From Candidatus Saccharimonadales bacterium (GTDB lineage: Bacteria; Patescibacteriota; WWE3; UBA101185; UBA10185), in contig DATIHK010000011.1 of NCBI GenBank assembly GCA_035480775.1, positions 1 to 49,069 of the forward strand: 49,069 nucleotides of DNA. The letters run 5' to 3'. The position numbers and the translations under genes were made by a program. Of the stretch, positions 1 to 10,061 are shown piece after piece. Positions within the stretch are counted from its first letter, which is position 1. Every line of letters starts with the position of its first letter. The notes beneath the pieces were generated by a model. That model was not told the DNA's origin. It worked only from the letters and a program-made list of their open reading frames with translations, and did not search any database.

Positions 1-84
1 AAAACAATGAGTATGACGAAAACAAATACTATTTTAGATATATTTGAACTATTGAGCATGAATATAGTTATATTGTAACAAATT

Positions 85-1437
85 TTAAAACTCTAACTCT
101 TGATTTAACGTTGGAAGTGCAATATCGGTTAACATCAAATCGGTCTTAACTTTCTCAGATAAAGCACTTCGCTGAATATCTTCGCCGTGAGTCAAAATTA
201 GTTTCTTAACATTTTTGATATTTTTGAGCCAATGAAGAAGTCTTGGCTGGTCAGCGTGAGAGCTCATAGTTTGTGTATCGCTAACGTGTGCTTTGACTTC
301 AATATCAACTCCAAATATGTTCACTAATTTTTGACCTTCTAGCAAAGCGCGACCTAGAGTTCTTTCAGCCTGATAACCCACAATAAGTAAACGCGTAGAT
401 TCGATTGGCAAATAATGCATTGCGTGCTTAACTATGCGACCCCCAGTCATCATACCGCTTCCGGCTATAATTACTTTTGGAGCTTCTGATTGATCAATTG
501 CAGAACTTTCATGCGGGTTTTCTATGTTAACCAATCCAGTAAAACTAAATGGATCTGAAGATGCTAAATCTGCAGTTAATTCTGTGTTGTAATATTGGCG
601 GTATTTTTCAAAAACTTGTGTAGCTTTCTCACCCATTGGACTATCAAAATATACAGTAGTAGATTCTTTCACTTTGCCAGATTTTTTTAAATGCAAAATT
701 CGATGCAATATTTCTTGTGAACGCTCAATCGAAAACGCTGGAATTAATAGAGTTGCTCCATATTGCTCGATAGAATTTATTTCAGATTGAATTATGTCCG
801 AGGGATTGTCAGTAGGATGACTTTTATCACCGTAAGTAGATTCCATAACAACTACATCGCCATTGTCTATTAGTTCTGTAGCCCTAATCAAATCTTGTGG
901 AGTATTACCCAAATCGCCACTAAAAATTATTTTTTTAATTCCTTGCTGCGCACTTTGGTCTATGATCTCTAGACTTGCCGAACCTAAAATGTGACCTGCA
1001 TCGCGCATAGTGATATTAAAACTTCCAACAGTAAAACTAGTATCGTATTCAACAGTTTTAAATAATCTTATAATTTGATCAACGTCTTCATTTGAATACA
1101 ACGGTTTTTTGGTTAAATCTTCGTTATTAATTTTTGCACTATCTACTAACGAAATTTCTGTAAGATCTCTGGTTGGAGCTGTCATCCAAATATTCTTAGT
1201 AAAACCTTGGGCTATAAGCATTGGGAGTCTTCCGCAATGATCTAGATGAGCATGAGTTAAAATGAGTCCAGAAACTTTAGAACAATCACAAGCTAGTTTT
1301 GCGTAATTAAGATTTTCTAGTTCTTCGGCTCCTTGAAACATTCCACAATCGATTAAAATAGAATCACCTGAGTAAGATGTGAGCAAATAACAAGAACCAG
1401 TAACTGTTCCAGCTGCTCCTAAAAATTTCACCTTCAT
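85..1437 (-). CDS. MBL-fold beta-CASP family ribonuclease (RNase J/CPSF-like)
   Basis: 450-aa ORF. HAHLDHCG (HxHxDH) metallo-beta-lactamase motif, then a beta-CASP-style C-terminal half. Confidence 0.8.
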   Translation of the reverse strand: MKVKFLGAAGTVTGSCYLLTSYSGDSILIDCGMFQGAEELENLNYAKLACDCSKVSGLILTHAHLDHCGRLPMLIAQGFTKNIWMTAPTRDLTEISLVDSAKINNEDLTKKPLYSNEDVDQIIRLFKTVEYDTSFTVGSFNITMRDAGHILGSASLEIIDQSAQQGIKKIIFSGDLGNTPQDLIRATELIDNGDVVVMESTYGDKSHPTDNPSDIIQSEINSIEQYGATLLIPAFSIERSQEILHRILHLKKSGKVKESTTVYFDSPMGEKATQVFEKYRQYYNTELTADLASSDPFSFTGLVNIENPHESSAIDQSEAPKVIIAGSGMMTGGRIVKHAMHYLPIESTRLLIVGYQAERTLGRALLEGQKLVNIFGVDIEVKAHVSDTQTMSSHADQPRLLHWLKNIKNVKKLILTHGEDIQRSALSEKVKTDLMLTDIALPTLNQELEF

Positions 1438-1449
1438 ATTATTAGACTA

Positions 1450-1902
1450 TCATAGATTCATAGATTTGAGATCGGCAATAACTTGATCAGCGTGTGTAGT
1501 AGTATTAACTTTTTCATACTTTTTTTCGATTTTTCCTTTTGGATTAATGAGGTAGGTAATTCTATATACTCCGTCATACTCTTTGCCCATAAATTTTTTG
1601 CGACCCCATGCATTATAATCTTGAATAACTCTTTTATCTGGATCGCTTAATATAGTGAAATTTAGTTTATATTTGTCTGCAAATTTTTTATGTGAAGCTA
1701 CAGAATCTTTAGATACACCCAATATAACTACTCCTAACTTTTGCAATTCTTTAGTTGAATCTCTAAAGTTACAAGCTTCCTTAGTACATCCGGGCGTATC
1801 GTCTTTTGGATAAAAGTATAAAACAACCCATCTACCAAAATATTGGCTTAATGTATGAGATTTTCCATTTTGGTCTAAAAGTGTAAAGTCTGGTGCCTTC
1901 AT
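1450..1902 (-). CDS. bcp: Thioredoxin-dependent thiol peroxidase (peroxiredoxin Bcp)
   Basis: 150-aa ORF with FYPKDDTPGCTKEAC peroxiredoxin active-site context. TAAAAT box 6 nt upstream of the ATG. Confidence 0.9.
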   Translation of the reverse strand: MKAPDFTLLDQNGKSHTLSQYFGRWVVLYFYPKDDTPGCTKEACNFRDSTKELQKLGVVILGVSKDSVASHKKFADKYKLNFTILSDPDKRVIQDYNAWGRKKFMGKEYDGVYRITYLINPKGKIEKKYEKVNTTTHADQVIADLKSMNL

Positions 1903-1920
1903 AGTTACATTTTATCATTT

Positions 1921-1975
1921 TTTATAAATAAAAAAGCGCCTGCTTCCACAAAAATTCTGTAGTAAGAGGCGCTTT
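1921..1975 (-). terminator. Stem-loop terminator closing GC-rich cassette 1
   Basis: AAAGCGCCT (1933-1941) pairs with AGGCGCTTT (1967-1975). A T-run follows on the minus strand. It lies between the cassette CDS stop and the bcp start. Confidence 0.6.
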
Positions 1976-1995
1976 TGCTAGCTGATTACCCATGA

Positions 1996-2769
1996 TTAGA
2001 CGTGTAGCGGAAGCTGCTTTTCGTCGCCTTCGACAGTCCACCAGTTTGATCGAGCCATAACACCATACAATTGTCCGTCTTCACCTCGAATCCAAACGAC
2101 ACCAACTGGATCATTCTCACCTGGTTCCCAAGTTGCCGGTTCTTGCCCGTAAGCGCGCGCAATAAATCGCAAAAAGTGGCCAGGATCATCGGTGACAAAG
2201 TCCCAGTGACGCGCAAGTTCCAATTTTTCGCCGGGAAAATACTGATTCTCGCGATAGTGCCAGCTACTGGTCTTAAAGTACGTCCGCAAATGGTCTTCAG
2301 CGGGGCGTTCCATTCCACCAAACGTCTGTGAATTGGCAAGTTTGTAGCTGTCCAAATCTGGATAGCGATATCCGACATGATGCAGCTTTAGTCTTTGCTG
2401 CACAGTGTGGTACAAGGTGATCAAAGCAATAAGCTTGTCGTGTTCACCAGCCAGCTTGCTGACGGCGACGATAAAACCGTGTAGGCCGACGCCACCCATA
2501 AGACCTAAGCTGTACTTATTGTCTATTGGCGACATCACTAAAACACCATCTTCACCACCGTGCATCAGCACCATTTCTCCCATCTTGTGGTACGCCAGCA
2601 TCGGCGAAGAGGTCTTGGGATTCTCTGGTACGTTTCCGGCCCAGTTACCGTAAGGCAGCGATTCAATGCTGTTAGGACCAATATTGCAAACTGCTGTGTA
2701 GGTGTACAATTCCATAGCGCTGCAGACGTTCGCAGCAAAAGCATGGGCATTGCTAAGGTCATAATACAT
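1996..2769 (-). CDS. Hypothetical protein (GC-rich cassette 1), 257 aa
   Basis: Longest frame in the GC-rich segment. I trimmed the start to the ATG at 2769, which is preceded by AAGGAG at 7 nt. TTGCTT-17 nt-TATAAT promoter upstream. No domain recognised. Confidence 0.7.
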   Translation of the reverse strand: MYYDLSNAHAFAANVCSAMELYTYTAVCNIGPNSIESLPYGNWAGNVPENPKTSSPMLAYHKMGEMVLMHGGEDGVLVMSPIDNKYSLGLMGGVGLHGFIVAVSKLAGEHDKLIALITLYHTVQQRLKLHHVGYRYPDLDSYKLANSQTFGGMERPAEDHLRTYFKTSSWHYRENQYFPGEKLELARHWDFVTDDPGHFLRFIARAYGQEPATWEPGENDPVGVVWIRGEDGQLYGVMARSNWWTVEGDEKQLPLHV

Positions 2770-2858
2770 TGGAGTAGCTCCTTGGCTATTGGCGAATATT
2801 ACTGAGATTATAGAGTAAAACTCGCCTCCAAGCAACCTATAGGATATTAGGCTGTATT

Positions 2859-3398
2859 TTAGGGATTTATAATTGAGTTGCTAAAAAGGCTCCAAACTTG
2901 CACATCTGTAGGCTCGGTTAAAGACAAGCAGGTCATTATTTCTTGATTTGTCTGACCGTTAGCATCTTTAAACTCTATTGAAGCAGTGGGTGATATCTTA
3001 TAACTAAAAGAAATTGGAGCTGCTTTTGTTCCAGAACATTGTGGGCCATTTGGATAATGAACCATTGAATAAACTTTTTGATTTGGCTGCAATCGATAAA
3101 TACTCACACTTGCTTGTCCTTGCTGACTAACGCTTATATTTTGCACAGTATATGTAGCATCAACAAAGTTATTACCAATAATTTTGCATTCTTTGTTAGA
3201 AATATTTTGAAGCGTCAAATTTCCATAAACATTACCAGCAGCATGCCCAATTTCAATTTGTGCAGAAAGATCGGTTGGACCACAGTATTGATCAGCAATT
3301 AATAATTTAGTGTTTTTAGCATCAAGATAATTTCCAATTGTGTAAGTTACGAAGATTAAAATTAATAAAATTGAAATCAGCCCTAGGGTTCTTTTCAT
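2859..3398 (-). CDS. Secreted/membrane-anchored protein, DUF4232-like
   Basis: N-terminal hydrophobic signal/anchor. Pattern C..DL....GHAAGN..G.L.LQN.S..EC.I.G resembles DUF4232. TATAAT 6 nt upstream of the ATG. Confidence 0.55.
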   Translation of the reverse strand: MKRTLGLISILLILIFVTYTIGNYLDAKNTKLLIADQYCGPTDLSAQIEIGHAAGNVYGNLTLQNISNKECKIIGNNFVDATYTVQNISVSQQGQASVSIYRLQPNQKVYSMVHYPNGPQCSGTKAAPISFSYKISPTASIEFKDANGQTNQEIMTCLSLTEPTDVQVWSLFSNSIINP

Positions 3399-3497
3399 AA
3401 ATATATTATAACTTATTTTTAACTTAAGTTAATTATCTATTTAATAAATTATTTAGTACAATACTGAGAATTGACAATATGATAGAAGGAGGAGCAC

Positions 3498-3671
3498 ATG
3501 AAAACAGCGGTCTGTCCTGAATGTGAAGGTGGCAATGTTCCAGTTGATGGAGTCTTAGCTGGCGAACTCGTGGTCTGTCCAGACTGCGGTGTCGATCTCG
3601 AAGTGACTGCAGTGACTCCAAATGTAGTGCTCGAACTAGCTCCGCAAGAGGCTGAAGATTGGGGCGAGTGA
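3498..3671 (+). CDS. lysW: LysW-type amino-group carrier protein (alpha-aminoadipate/glutamate carrier), 57 aa
   Basis: Not in the ORF track (under 60 aa). My translation: MKTAVCPECEGGNVPVDGVLAGELVVCPDCGVDLEVTAVTPNVVLELAPQEAEDWGE. It has a CPxC...CPDC zinc ribbon and the acidic C-terminal EDWGE tail typical of LysW/ArgW. GAAGGAGG SD upstream. 52% G+C by hand count. Confidence 0.8.
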   Translation: MKTAVCPECEGGNVPVDGVLAGELVVCPDCGVDLEVTAVTPNVVLELAPQEAEDWGE

Positions 3672-3682
3672 GAGAAACAAAA

Positions 3683-3742
3683 AGCGGGTAGGAACCAAGA
3701 GACCACATAGGTTTCTGTAAGGTTCCTACCCGCTCGCTTTTT
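3683..3742. terminator. Bidirectional stem-loop terminator (lysW-like / DUF2795 gene)
   Basis: AGCGGGTAGGAACC (3683-3696) pairs with GGTTCCTACCCGCT (3721-3734). A-run on the left, T-run on the right. It sits between convergent genes. Confidence 0.7.
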
Positions 3743-3746
3743 CAAT

Positions 3747-3971
3747 CTATTCAAAACTTATAGTACTTAATTCTTGTGCTACATCTTTAGCAGTGTGAAA
3801 TTTTCTGTCGCTTAGCAAACGCAAAGAATCAAAAGTATAATTATCAGCCCTATTATTTTGTGCCGCACTCATAAGATCCTCTTTATATGCAGGATACTCA
3901 ACTCCTCCAAGATACTGCATAACGGCTGCAGGATTTACTTCTTCTTTATCTCTAACTGTATATGTTGCCAT
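3747..3971 (-). CDS. DUF2795 family protein
   Basis: 74 aa. YLGGVEYPAYKEDLMSAAQNN......L..L.DRKFHTAKDV matches the DUF2795 pattern. AAGGAGG SD. Confidence 0.6.
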   Translation of the reverse strand: MATYTVRDKEEVNPAAVMQYLGGVEYPAYKEDLMSAAQNNRADNYTFDSLRLLSDRKFHTAKDVAQELSTISFE

Positions 3972-4059
3972 AGTACCTCCTTACAAGTTTATTTTTGCAA
4001 AACAGAATGAGAGTAATTTAAAAAAACGGTTAAAGTTTAGTTATAAACCAACTATATAG

Positions 4060-6285
4060 TTATTTAAGAAATTTTAATCTCAAACTATTACTAACAACGG
4101 ATACTGAACTAAAAGCCATTGCAGCACTGGCTATAATAGGAGAAAGTAAAATTCCAAAAGTTGGGTAGAGTAGTCCTGCAGCAATGGGAATACCAATAAT
4201 ATTGTAGCCGAACGCCCACCAAAGATTTTGTTTAATTATTTTAAAAGTTTGAGATGACAATTGAATTGATTCTACAACTTTATCAAGATTTCCTTTTACC
4301 AAAACTATATCACCGGATTCTATAGCCACATCTGTGCCGGTCCCCATTGCAATACCGATATCGGCTTGTACAAGTGCAGGGGCATCATTTATACCATCTC
4401 CAACCATTGCAACAATTTTGTGGCTAGTTTGGTTATTTTGAAGATCTGAAATTTTCTGAACTTTATCTGCAGGAAGTACTTCTGACAAAATTTCAGTGAT
4501 TCCAAGTTGTTTGGCAATTATTTTTGCGGTAATGTTGTGATCTCCTGTGAGCATAACAGGTATAATATTTAAGTCTTTAATCTTTTGGATCGTTTCATGA
4601 GCACCTTCTTTTATGGAGTCAGCGATACCAACAAGAGCTACATTCTCACCGTTTACACTTACATATGATACTGTCTGAGCGTTTTCACGAAGAATCTGGG
4701 CTTTGTCGCTAAAATCTTGTGGAATGGTTACACCGTTATCTGTCATTAATTTAAGATTTCCAATTAAAATAATTTTGTTTTGATACTTTGCTCTAATTCC
4801 AAATCCCGACATATTTTCAAAGTCTGTAATATCAACGCTTTGATCACCTTCTAAATGTCTTACAACAGCTTCTGCCAACGGATGATGAGACTTTTTCTCT
4901 ATACTATAAATAACTGACGAAATTAATTTAGCATCTTGATCTTTAGAAATTTCGTAACTTTTTACTTCAGGTTGACCTTTGGTTAAAGTTCCGGTTTTAT
5001 CGAATACAATGTAATCTAGCTGATGGGCTATTTCTAGTGCTTTAGCGTCTTTTATTAAAATTCCTTTTCTTGCGGCTTTGCCTGTTCCTACCATGACTGC
5101 AGTTGGTGTAGCTAAACCAAGAGCGCACGGACAGGCAATAATTAACACTGTAGTCGCAACATAAACTGCTAATTGTAAAGATCCGGTAGTAATAAACCAA
5201 AATGCAAATGACATCAGCGCTATTACCACAACAATTGGTACAAAAACAGAAGATATTTTGTCTGCAAGTTTTTGTATTGGAGCTTCGCTTCCTTGAGCTT
5301 CTTCTACCATTTTGATTATTTGCGCCAACATCGTTTGTGAGCCAACTTTTGTGGCTCTAAATTTAAAATATCCGGATTTGTTTATAGTCGCTCCAATTAC
5401 GGGTTGCCCAACTGTTTTTTCAACTGGTAGCGATTCGCCGGTAACCATAGATTCGTCTACAGCAGAGCTTCCTTCGGTAACTATTCCGTCTACAGGAATT
5501 TTCTCACCAGGTTTTACAATTAATATGTCTCCAATAATAACTTGGTCAACGGGAATCTTGATTTCTTTATTGTCGCGTACTACTAACGCATCTTTTGCTC
5601 CTAGTTGTACCAATGCTTTTATAGCGTCATTAGTTTGACCTTTAGCCCGTGCTTCAAGTAACCTACCTAATAATATGAAAAATACAATTATGACCGCAGC
5701 TTCAAAAAACACACTAGATTCACTTTGTACATTTTTAAAGGATGTAGGAAAAAATGTTACAACTGTCGAAAATAACCAAGCTGTGAATGTTCCAAGTGCG
5801 ACTAAAGTATCCATGTTAGCAGCTCTAACTCTAAGTGCAGCAAAGGCACTCGTAAAAAATTGTTTTCCGGCTACAAACAAAACTGGTGTAGCGATTAGAA
5901 ATTGAATAATAAAAAATACTGATCGACCGGCTATTTCTCCAAAGAGCATTTTAGGCATCCAAACCATAAAAATTAAAAATGGAATCGTAGCAATCCCACT
6001 AAAAACAACTAGTCTTTTAGTATGTTCGTATTCTTGTTTTTTCATCATGGCAGCATGATCGTGGTGACCAGAATCATTTACTAATTTATAATCTCCGCCA
6101 CTTGCCACTGTTTCTTGAAGTTTTAGGATTGATACTTGTGATTCGTCGTATTCAACCGTCATTTTTTCAGTCGCATAATTTACTGATACTGAAGATACTC
6201 CTGGTAAGTCGCCAACAAGAGTTTCGATTAAAGATTTGCACGAAGCACAATGCATTCCAACAACCGGTAAAATAGATTTTGTCAT
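4060..6285 (-). CDS. copA: Copper-translocating P1B-type ATPase
   Basis: N-terminal HMA domain (GMHCASCKS), CPC motif ([11 protein letters not shown]), DKTGTLT phosphorylation site, GDGINDAP hinge. Start set to the ATG at 6285, which overlaps the upstream stop as ATGA. Confidence 0.9.
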   Translation of the reverse strand: MTKSILPVVGMHCASCKSLIETLVGDLPGVSSVSVNYATEKMTVEYDESQVSILKLQETVASGGDYKLVNDSGHHDHAAMMKKQEYEHTKRLVVFSGIATIPFLIFMVWMPKMLFGEIAGRSVFFIIQFLIATPVLFVAGKQFFTSAFAALRVRAANMDTLVALGTFTAWLFSTVVTFFPTSFKNVQSESSVFFEAAVIIVFFILLGRLLEARAKGQTNDAIKALVQLGAKDALVVRDNKEIKIPVDQVIIGDILIVKPGEKIPVDGIVTEGSSAVDESMVTGESLPVEKTVGQPVIGATINKSGYFKFRATKVGSQTMLAQIIKMVEEAQGSEAPIQKLADKISSVFVPIVVVIALMSFAFWFITTGSLQLAVYVATTVLIIACPCALGLATPTAVMVGTGKAARKGILIKDAKALEIAHQLDYIVFDKTGTLTKGQPEVKSYEISKDQDAKLISSVIYSIEKKSHHPLAEAVVRHLEGDQSVDITDFENMSGFGIRAKYQNKIILIGNLKLMTDNGVTIPQDFSDKAQILRENAQTVSYVSVNGENVALVGIADSIKEGAHETIQKIKDLNIIPVMLTGDHNITAKIIAKQLGITEILSEVLPADKVQKISDLQNNQTSHKIVAMVGDGINDAPALVQADIGIAMGTGTDVAIESGDIVLVKGNLDKVVESIQLSSQTFKIIKQNLWWAFGYNIIGIPIAAGLLYPTFGILLSPIIASAAMAFSSVSVVSNSLRLKFLK

Positions 6286-7625
6286 ATAACCCTCACAGTC
6301 ACAGGTGGAACCATACCCATTGTGCAAGTAATTTTAAAATCTCCTTTTTCACGAGGAATAAATGCAATTTCGTTTAACCCTCTATGAAGTTCAAGCACTC
6401 CGCTAAAAAGCCCACGACCTACAGCAGCGTTAGCACATCCGCCTGCATCTACATTTAGTATTTGTAGTTTAGTTAATAACCCTTGTTTCACAGTAAAAAA
6501 TCTAGGAAGATATTGATACCCTGTCGCCGTTAATTCAATTGTTCTTGTCGGAACGGCTTCAACTGCTTTTTGTTTTTGCGGAAGTTTTATATCGCTTAAA
6601 CTTTTAAATCCTAAAGCGTTTAATTGAGAATTAAAACTAAAGACACCAAAAAATATAATTAACAAACCGACAGCATAATTAAATTTTGCAGTAAAAGCAG
6701 GTTTAGAATTTAACTTAATACTCGAAAAACTAATCGCTGCCAACATAGGCAAGGTTCCAAGTGCAAAGAAGAGCATAAATATAGCGCCTTTTATAAAACT
6801 TCCAGATGTAAGTGCAACTCCTTGTGCAATCAAAGTAAATCCACATGGAATAAAAAACGTTAAGCCACCTAACACCAGCGGCATAAATTTTCCGGAAAAG
6901 TTATTTTCGTCTGTTATTTGACCTGAAAATCTTTTAGGAATTCTGATTTGAAATCTCGACGCCCATTTAATACCTAGCATTTGCAAACCTATCAGAACCA
7001 TTACTGCTGCTACTGCTAAAGATAAAAATGCCGAAAAATTGGTAGATATTTTAAGCGTTCCGCCAATTACCCCTAAAATTCCACCTAAAACAGCAAAACT
7101 TATTAACCTTCCAATGTTAAAAAGTAAAAATGGTATAGATCTTACAGCAGCACTGTCACCAATGTATATTTCGTTCCACTTTTTTGTCATCGATAAAAGC
7201 AAACCTCCAACTAGCGCAGCACAACTTGAAATTCCTGCCACTAGACCCAACATAAAAAATGCCCCAATTGAAGAAGAGGCGTTGGCTGAAATATTTGCAC
7301 CTATATTTAATTTTTGAATTAATATAAATGCAATAAATATAAATGAAAATATTCCGAACGCTTGCAAAAATTCTCGTTTTTTATTTATTTGCGTTTTAAT
7401 AACAGTTGGAGAAAATATGTATCCGTGTTCTGAAAATTGCTCATTTAATTTATCTATACTAGGAAGCTCATCTGTATAAGCGACTTCAACACGATTTTGA
7501 GATATAAATGCTTTAACTTTGGTAATTCCTTGGTTCTTTAAAAGTTTTTTTTCTATTAATAATTCACAAGAAGCGCAATGCATTCCTTCGACAAAATATG
7601 TATGTTTTTTAGTGTATTCAGCCAT
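6282..7625 (-). CDS. HMA-domain membrane permease (DsbD_2/TauE-like) with C-terminal cupredoxin-like domain
   Basis: N-terminal [15 protein letters not shown] heavy-metal-associated domain and about 6 TM helices (FFIPCGFT motif). Soluble beta-rich C-terminus. Translationally coupled to copA. Confidence 0.65.
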   Translation of the reverse strand: MAEYTKKHTYFVEGMHCASCELLIEKKLLKNQGITKVKAFISQNRVEVAYTDELPSIDKLNEQFSEHGYIFSPTVIKTQINKKREFLQAFGIFSFIFIAFILIQKLNIGANISANASSSIGAFFMLGLVAGISSCAALVGGLLLSMTKKWNEIYIGDSAAVRSIPFLLFNIGRLISFAVLGGILGVIGGTLKISTNFSAFLSLAVAAVMVLIGLQMLGIKWASRFQIRIPKRFSGQITDENNFSGKFMPLVLGGLTFFIPCGFTLIAQGVALTSGSFIKGAIFMLFFALGTLPMLAAISFSSIKLNSKPAFTAKFNYAVGLLIIFFGVFSFNSQLNALGFKSLSDIKLPQKQKAVEAVPTRTIELTATGYQYLPRFFTVKQGLLTKLQILNVDAGGCANAAVGRGLFSGVLELHRGLNEIAFIPREKGDFKITCTMGMVPPVTVRVI

Positions 7626-7627
7626 GT

Positions 7628-7891
7628 TTAACTTACTTCATATAGAGTCAAAAGCTCTTTGACAGTTTTGTCTTCTTCTTTATTTTGAATCTGGTCAACT
7701 ACACACGTTTTTAGATGATTTTCCAAAATAAATAAATCCAATTTTCTTAAAGCCGTCTGAACTGCTCGCGACTGATGCAATATATCAACACAATAGTCTC
7801 CGCCATCTATCATGCGTTCTACTGCTTTAGTATGTCCTTGGATTATTTTTATGCGGTGAAGTGCTTTTGTTTTACTGGATTTATCTAGCAT
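7628..7891 (-). CDS. csoR: CsoR/RcnR-family metal-sensing transcriptional repressor
   Basis: 87 aa. RIKIIQGHTKAVERMI....YCVDILHQS.AVQ.AL matches the CsoR (DUF156) fold signature with a Cys/His metal site. Confidence 0.85.
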   Translation of the reverse strand: MLDKSSKTKALHRIKIIQGHTKAVERMIDGGDYCVDILHQSRAVQTALRKLDLFILENHLKTCVVDQIQNKEEDKTVKELLTLYEVS

Positions 7892-7898
7892 GATACAT

Positions 7899-7928
7899 AT
7901 GCTAGTCCCCTACGGGGGGATGTGTCAA
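7899..7928 (-). promoter_or_regulatory. csoR-operon promoter with CsoR operator in the spacer
   Basis: On the minus strand: TTGACA (7923-7928), 18-nt spacer CATCCCCCCGTAGGGGAC, TAGCAT (7899-7904), then 7 nt to the ATG. The spacer holds the GC-rich pseudo-palindrome CCCC-n-GGGG typical of CsoR operators such as B. subtilis copZA. Confidence 0.6.
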
Positions 7929-7935
7929 GAGAATG

Positions 7936-9969
7936 TTATAGAGAAGAATTAGGTTCTTTATAAATAATAAGTTCTTGTCCAGGTTTTACCTTAACTCCGC
8001 TTAACATATTGGTTTCTGCAATTTTTTCCCAAGCACTTCCATCTCCATAAAATTCTTGAGAAATGGACCACAATGTATCTCCATCTTTAACAGTATATTT
8101 AACAACTAAATCAGACTGTGCATCTGCAGTAACTGATGGAATTGCCATCTTGTTTTGTACGTATTTTATAGGCATTCGAAGCGTATCTTTATATAAAATG
8201 GCTTCTTTAACATTTGGCTCTGAAACAAATGCTGTTCCTACCAAAAGCACCAGTAACAAGACTGAAACAATTAAGGGTTTTGTTCTAACTAAAACTGCTT
8301 TAAGCAGGCTTGTTCCATCTTTTTGCATATCTAACATATCTTTTATTAGTGCGGTAAAAAATACTAATGCAAACATTAATGAGCCTTGAAGTGCAAACAA
8401 AAGATATCCTTGAATGCTACTTTTGTGAAACACCAATAAGTAGTACCAACAAGAAATCAATGATAACAATATTAAAAGTAAATAATGGCTATGTTGTAAT
8501 ATACTAAACGGACTATTTTGACCTTTATTTATACCTTTAGTAGTGATCATGTAAGGTTTTTCAATTTTTAAGATTACTTGAATAAAAGCACTCAAAACAG
8601 TCGGCCATCTGGCTATGTGCAAAATTATTCCTCTCCAACTTAAGAAAACATTTTTAGGAGAGTGCCATTTATGACTCCAAATCCAAATTACAAAAGCCAT
8701 AATTGCGATTGGTAATGACATAAGCATAAAACTTATATAACTCACATTAGAAATAGGAGTATTTGTAAATAATGAAATTACAGGCAAAATAAACAAAATT
8801 AATAAGCTAGTTGAGTAAAATGTATACCAACTTTGAACGAATAAAAATTGAATCGCTTGTTTAAATGTATATTTTTTAATACATTTTGGAGTGTAATTTA
8901 TTAGTACTTGAATCATCGAAAATGCCCAAGCGAATTGTTGTGCTAAGTAGGTCTCAAAATTTTCTGGTCCGTCTCCAACAGCAATCACTTTTGGAACATA
9001 GACTCCTTGTTTGCCATTAGCAGCTAAAAATACTGTATCTAAATGATCTTCAGCGCGAGTAGGTTGAAAACCTCCAATATTTTTTATTGCAGCCATATCA
9101 TATGTTGAATGACTTCCTATAATAAACGGTGTTTTACAAAATCCGTAAAATCCCATTTGCATAGGACCTTGTAACACGAGCTCTTGTTCGGCAGATCCTC
9201 GAGCGGTCCAATCTTTTAAATTACCGTAAACACTAGGTGCTTGAACCCAGGCGACATTATCATCTCTAAAATAACCTAAAACTTCATCTAAATAATTTGG
9301 ATTTGGTATGTGATCGATATCTAATTGTGTAAAGTGTGAGTAAACACTTCCAAAAGCATCTATCCAAGCATTAACATTTCCAGCTTTAGTCTTAGCTTTA
9401 AATGGAGGAATATCTTGGTTCCATTTTTTAACCAATTTTTGTCCCCAAGTTGATACGTCTTTACGACTAAAATATTTGACTCCTAAGCTATTAGCCATTT
9501 TTTGAATATCTGGTGAGTGTTCTTTATCTACTACAACCCAACTATCGTGGGGAAATTTTACTTTTTTTAAAGCAACTAATTGTTTGCGGACAATGTCTAA
9601 ACTTTCTGATCCTGGAACTGTAGTTGTAATCATGGCAACATTTTTTACAATTCCGGCTTTTACAGCTGCTTTAGCGGGCATCTTTTGCGGTTTTTTCATA
9701 TTACCTAAGTAAAAAAGGTAAAAAGATGGAAGTATTGTGATATCGTAGAAAAAAGCCAATGAAATAAGGCTAAAAAGCACTAAATTACCTATATGTTCAG
9801 GAGTTAACCACCAGGCCCAAAATAAAACATTTACAAAGGTCCATAATGCTACAAGACATATATATTGAGCTGTCTGTTTCTTATTAAGCACGGTTAATTG
9901 CCTTACTGAAAGGCTTTTAAGGAGTTTTGTCTTAGTTGTGGTTTTGGTTCTTACTTGGCTATAGGCCAT
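7936..9969 (-). CDS. Family 2 glycosyltransferase (processive synthase-like, multi-TM) with C-terminal LysM domain
   Basis: GT2 catalytic core between TM segments (DIDH, RAEDH, QQFAWA resembling Q(R/Q)xRW). C-terminal YTVKDGDTLWSISQEFYGDGSAWEKIAETN is a LysM motif. Start placed at ATG 9969 (TATAAT 6 nt upstream) rather than the TTG at 10020. Confidence 0.7.
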   Translation of the reverse strand: MAYSQVRTKTTTKTKLLKSLSVRQLTVLNKKQTAQYICLVALWTFVNVLFWAWWLTPEHIGNLVLFSLISLAFFYDITILPSFYLFYLGNMKKPQKMPAKAAVKAGIVKNVAMITTTVPGSESLDIVRKQLVALKKVKFPHDSWVVVDKEHSPDIQKMANSLGVKYFSRKDVSTWGQKLVKKWNQDIPPFKAKTKAGNVNAWIDAFGSVYSHFTQLDIDHIPNPNYLDEVLGYFRDDNVAWVQAPSVYGNLKDWTARGSAEQELVLQGPMQMGFYGFCKTPFIIGSHSTYDMAAIKNIGGFQPTRAEDHLDTVFLAANGKQGVYVPKVIAVGDGPENFETYLAQQFAWAFSMIQVLINYTPKCIKKYTFKQAIQFLFVQSWYTFYSTSLLILFILPVISLFTNTPISNVSYISFMLMSLPIAIMAFVIWIWSHKWHSPKNVFLSWRGIILHIARWPTVLSAFIQVILKIEKPYMITTKGINKGQNSPFSILQHSHYLLLILLSLISCWYYLLVFHKSSIQGYLLFALQGSLMFALVFFTALIKDMLDMQKDGTSLLKAVLVRTKPLIVSVLLLVLLVGTAFVSEPNVKEAILYKDTLRMPIKYVQNKMAIPSVTADAQSDLVVKYTVKDGDTLWSISQEFYGDGSAWEKIAETNMLSGVKVKPGQELIIYKEPNSSL

Positions 9970-10061
9970 TGAAGTATTATAGGTTATGCCAAAACCTTTG
10001 TCAAAGCCAGGTTGTTGCAATTCAGTTTGAAGTAATTAGCGTGTGTGGTAAAATACTCTAG

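Noticed and set aside
1-84. Short 23-codon ORF (7-78, MSMTKTNTILDIFELLSMNIVIL) at the window edge.
   Set aside because: It is too short, has no SD or recognisable motif, and lies in AT-rich intergenic sequence downstream of the beta-CASP gene. I cannot support it.
1986-2835. Five extra track ORFs (1986..2378-, 2071..2331+, 2405..2653+, 2560..2805+, 2565..2762-) plus the N-terminal 22 codons of 1996..2835.
   Set aside because: All overlap the single long frame of cassette 1 in alternative or antisense frames. GC-rich DNA is poor in stop codons and produces such shadows. Only the 1996..2769 frame has an SD and a promoter.
3433-3754. Minus-strand ORFs of 91 and 101 aa.
   Set aside because: They are antisense to the well-supported lysW-like gene and read straight through its terminator hairpin. 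The translations are Ser/Arg/Pro/Leu-rich low-complexity sequence with no SD.
5312-8389. Plus-strand ORFs inside copA, the HMA permease and the GT2 gene (5312..5638, 5675..5905, 7039..7317, 8063..8389). Similar ORFs lie inside other long genes (10930..11274, 15037..15594, 25719..25907, 27532..27729, 36580..36768, 39734..39961, 46327..46527, 47002..47199, 48779..48997).
   Set aside because: They lie entirely within, and antisense to or out of frame with, strongly supported conserved genes. They have no SD or promoter and their translations are low-complexity.
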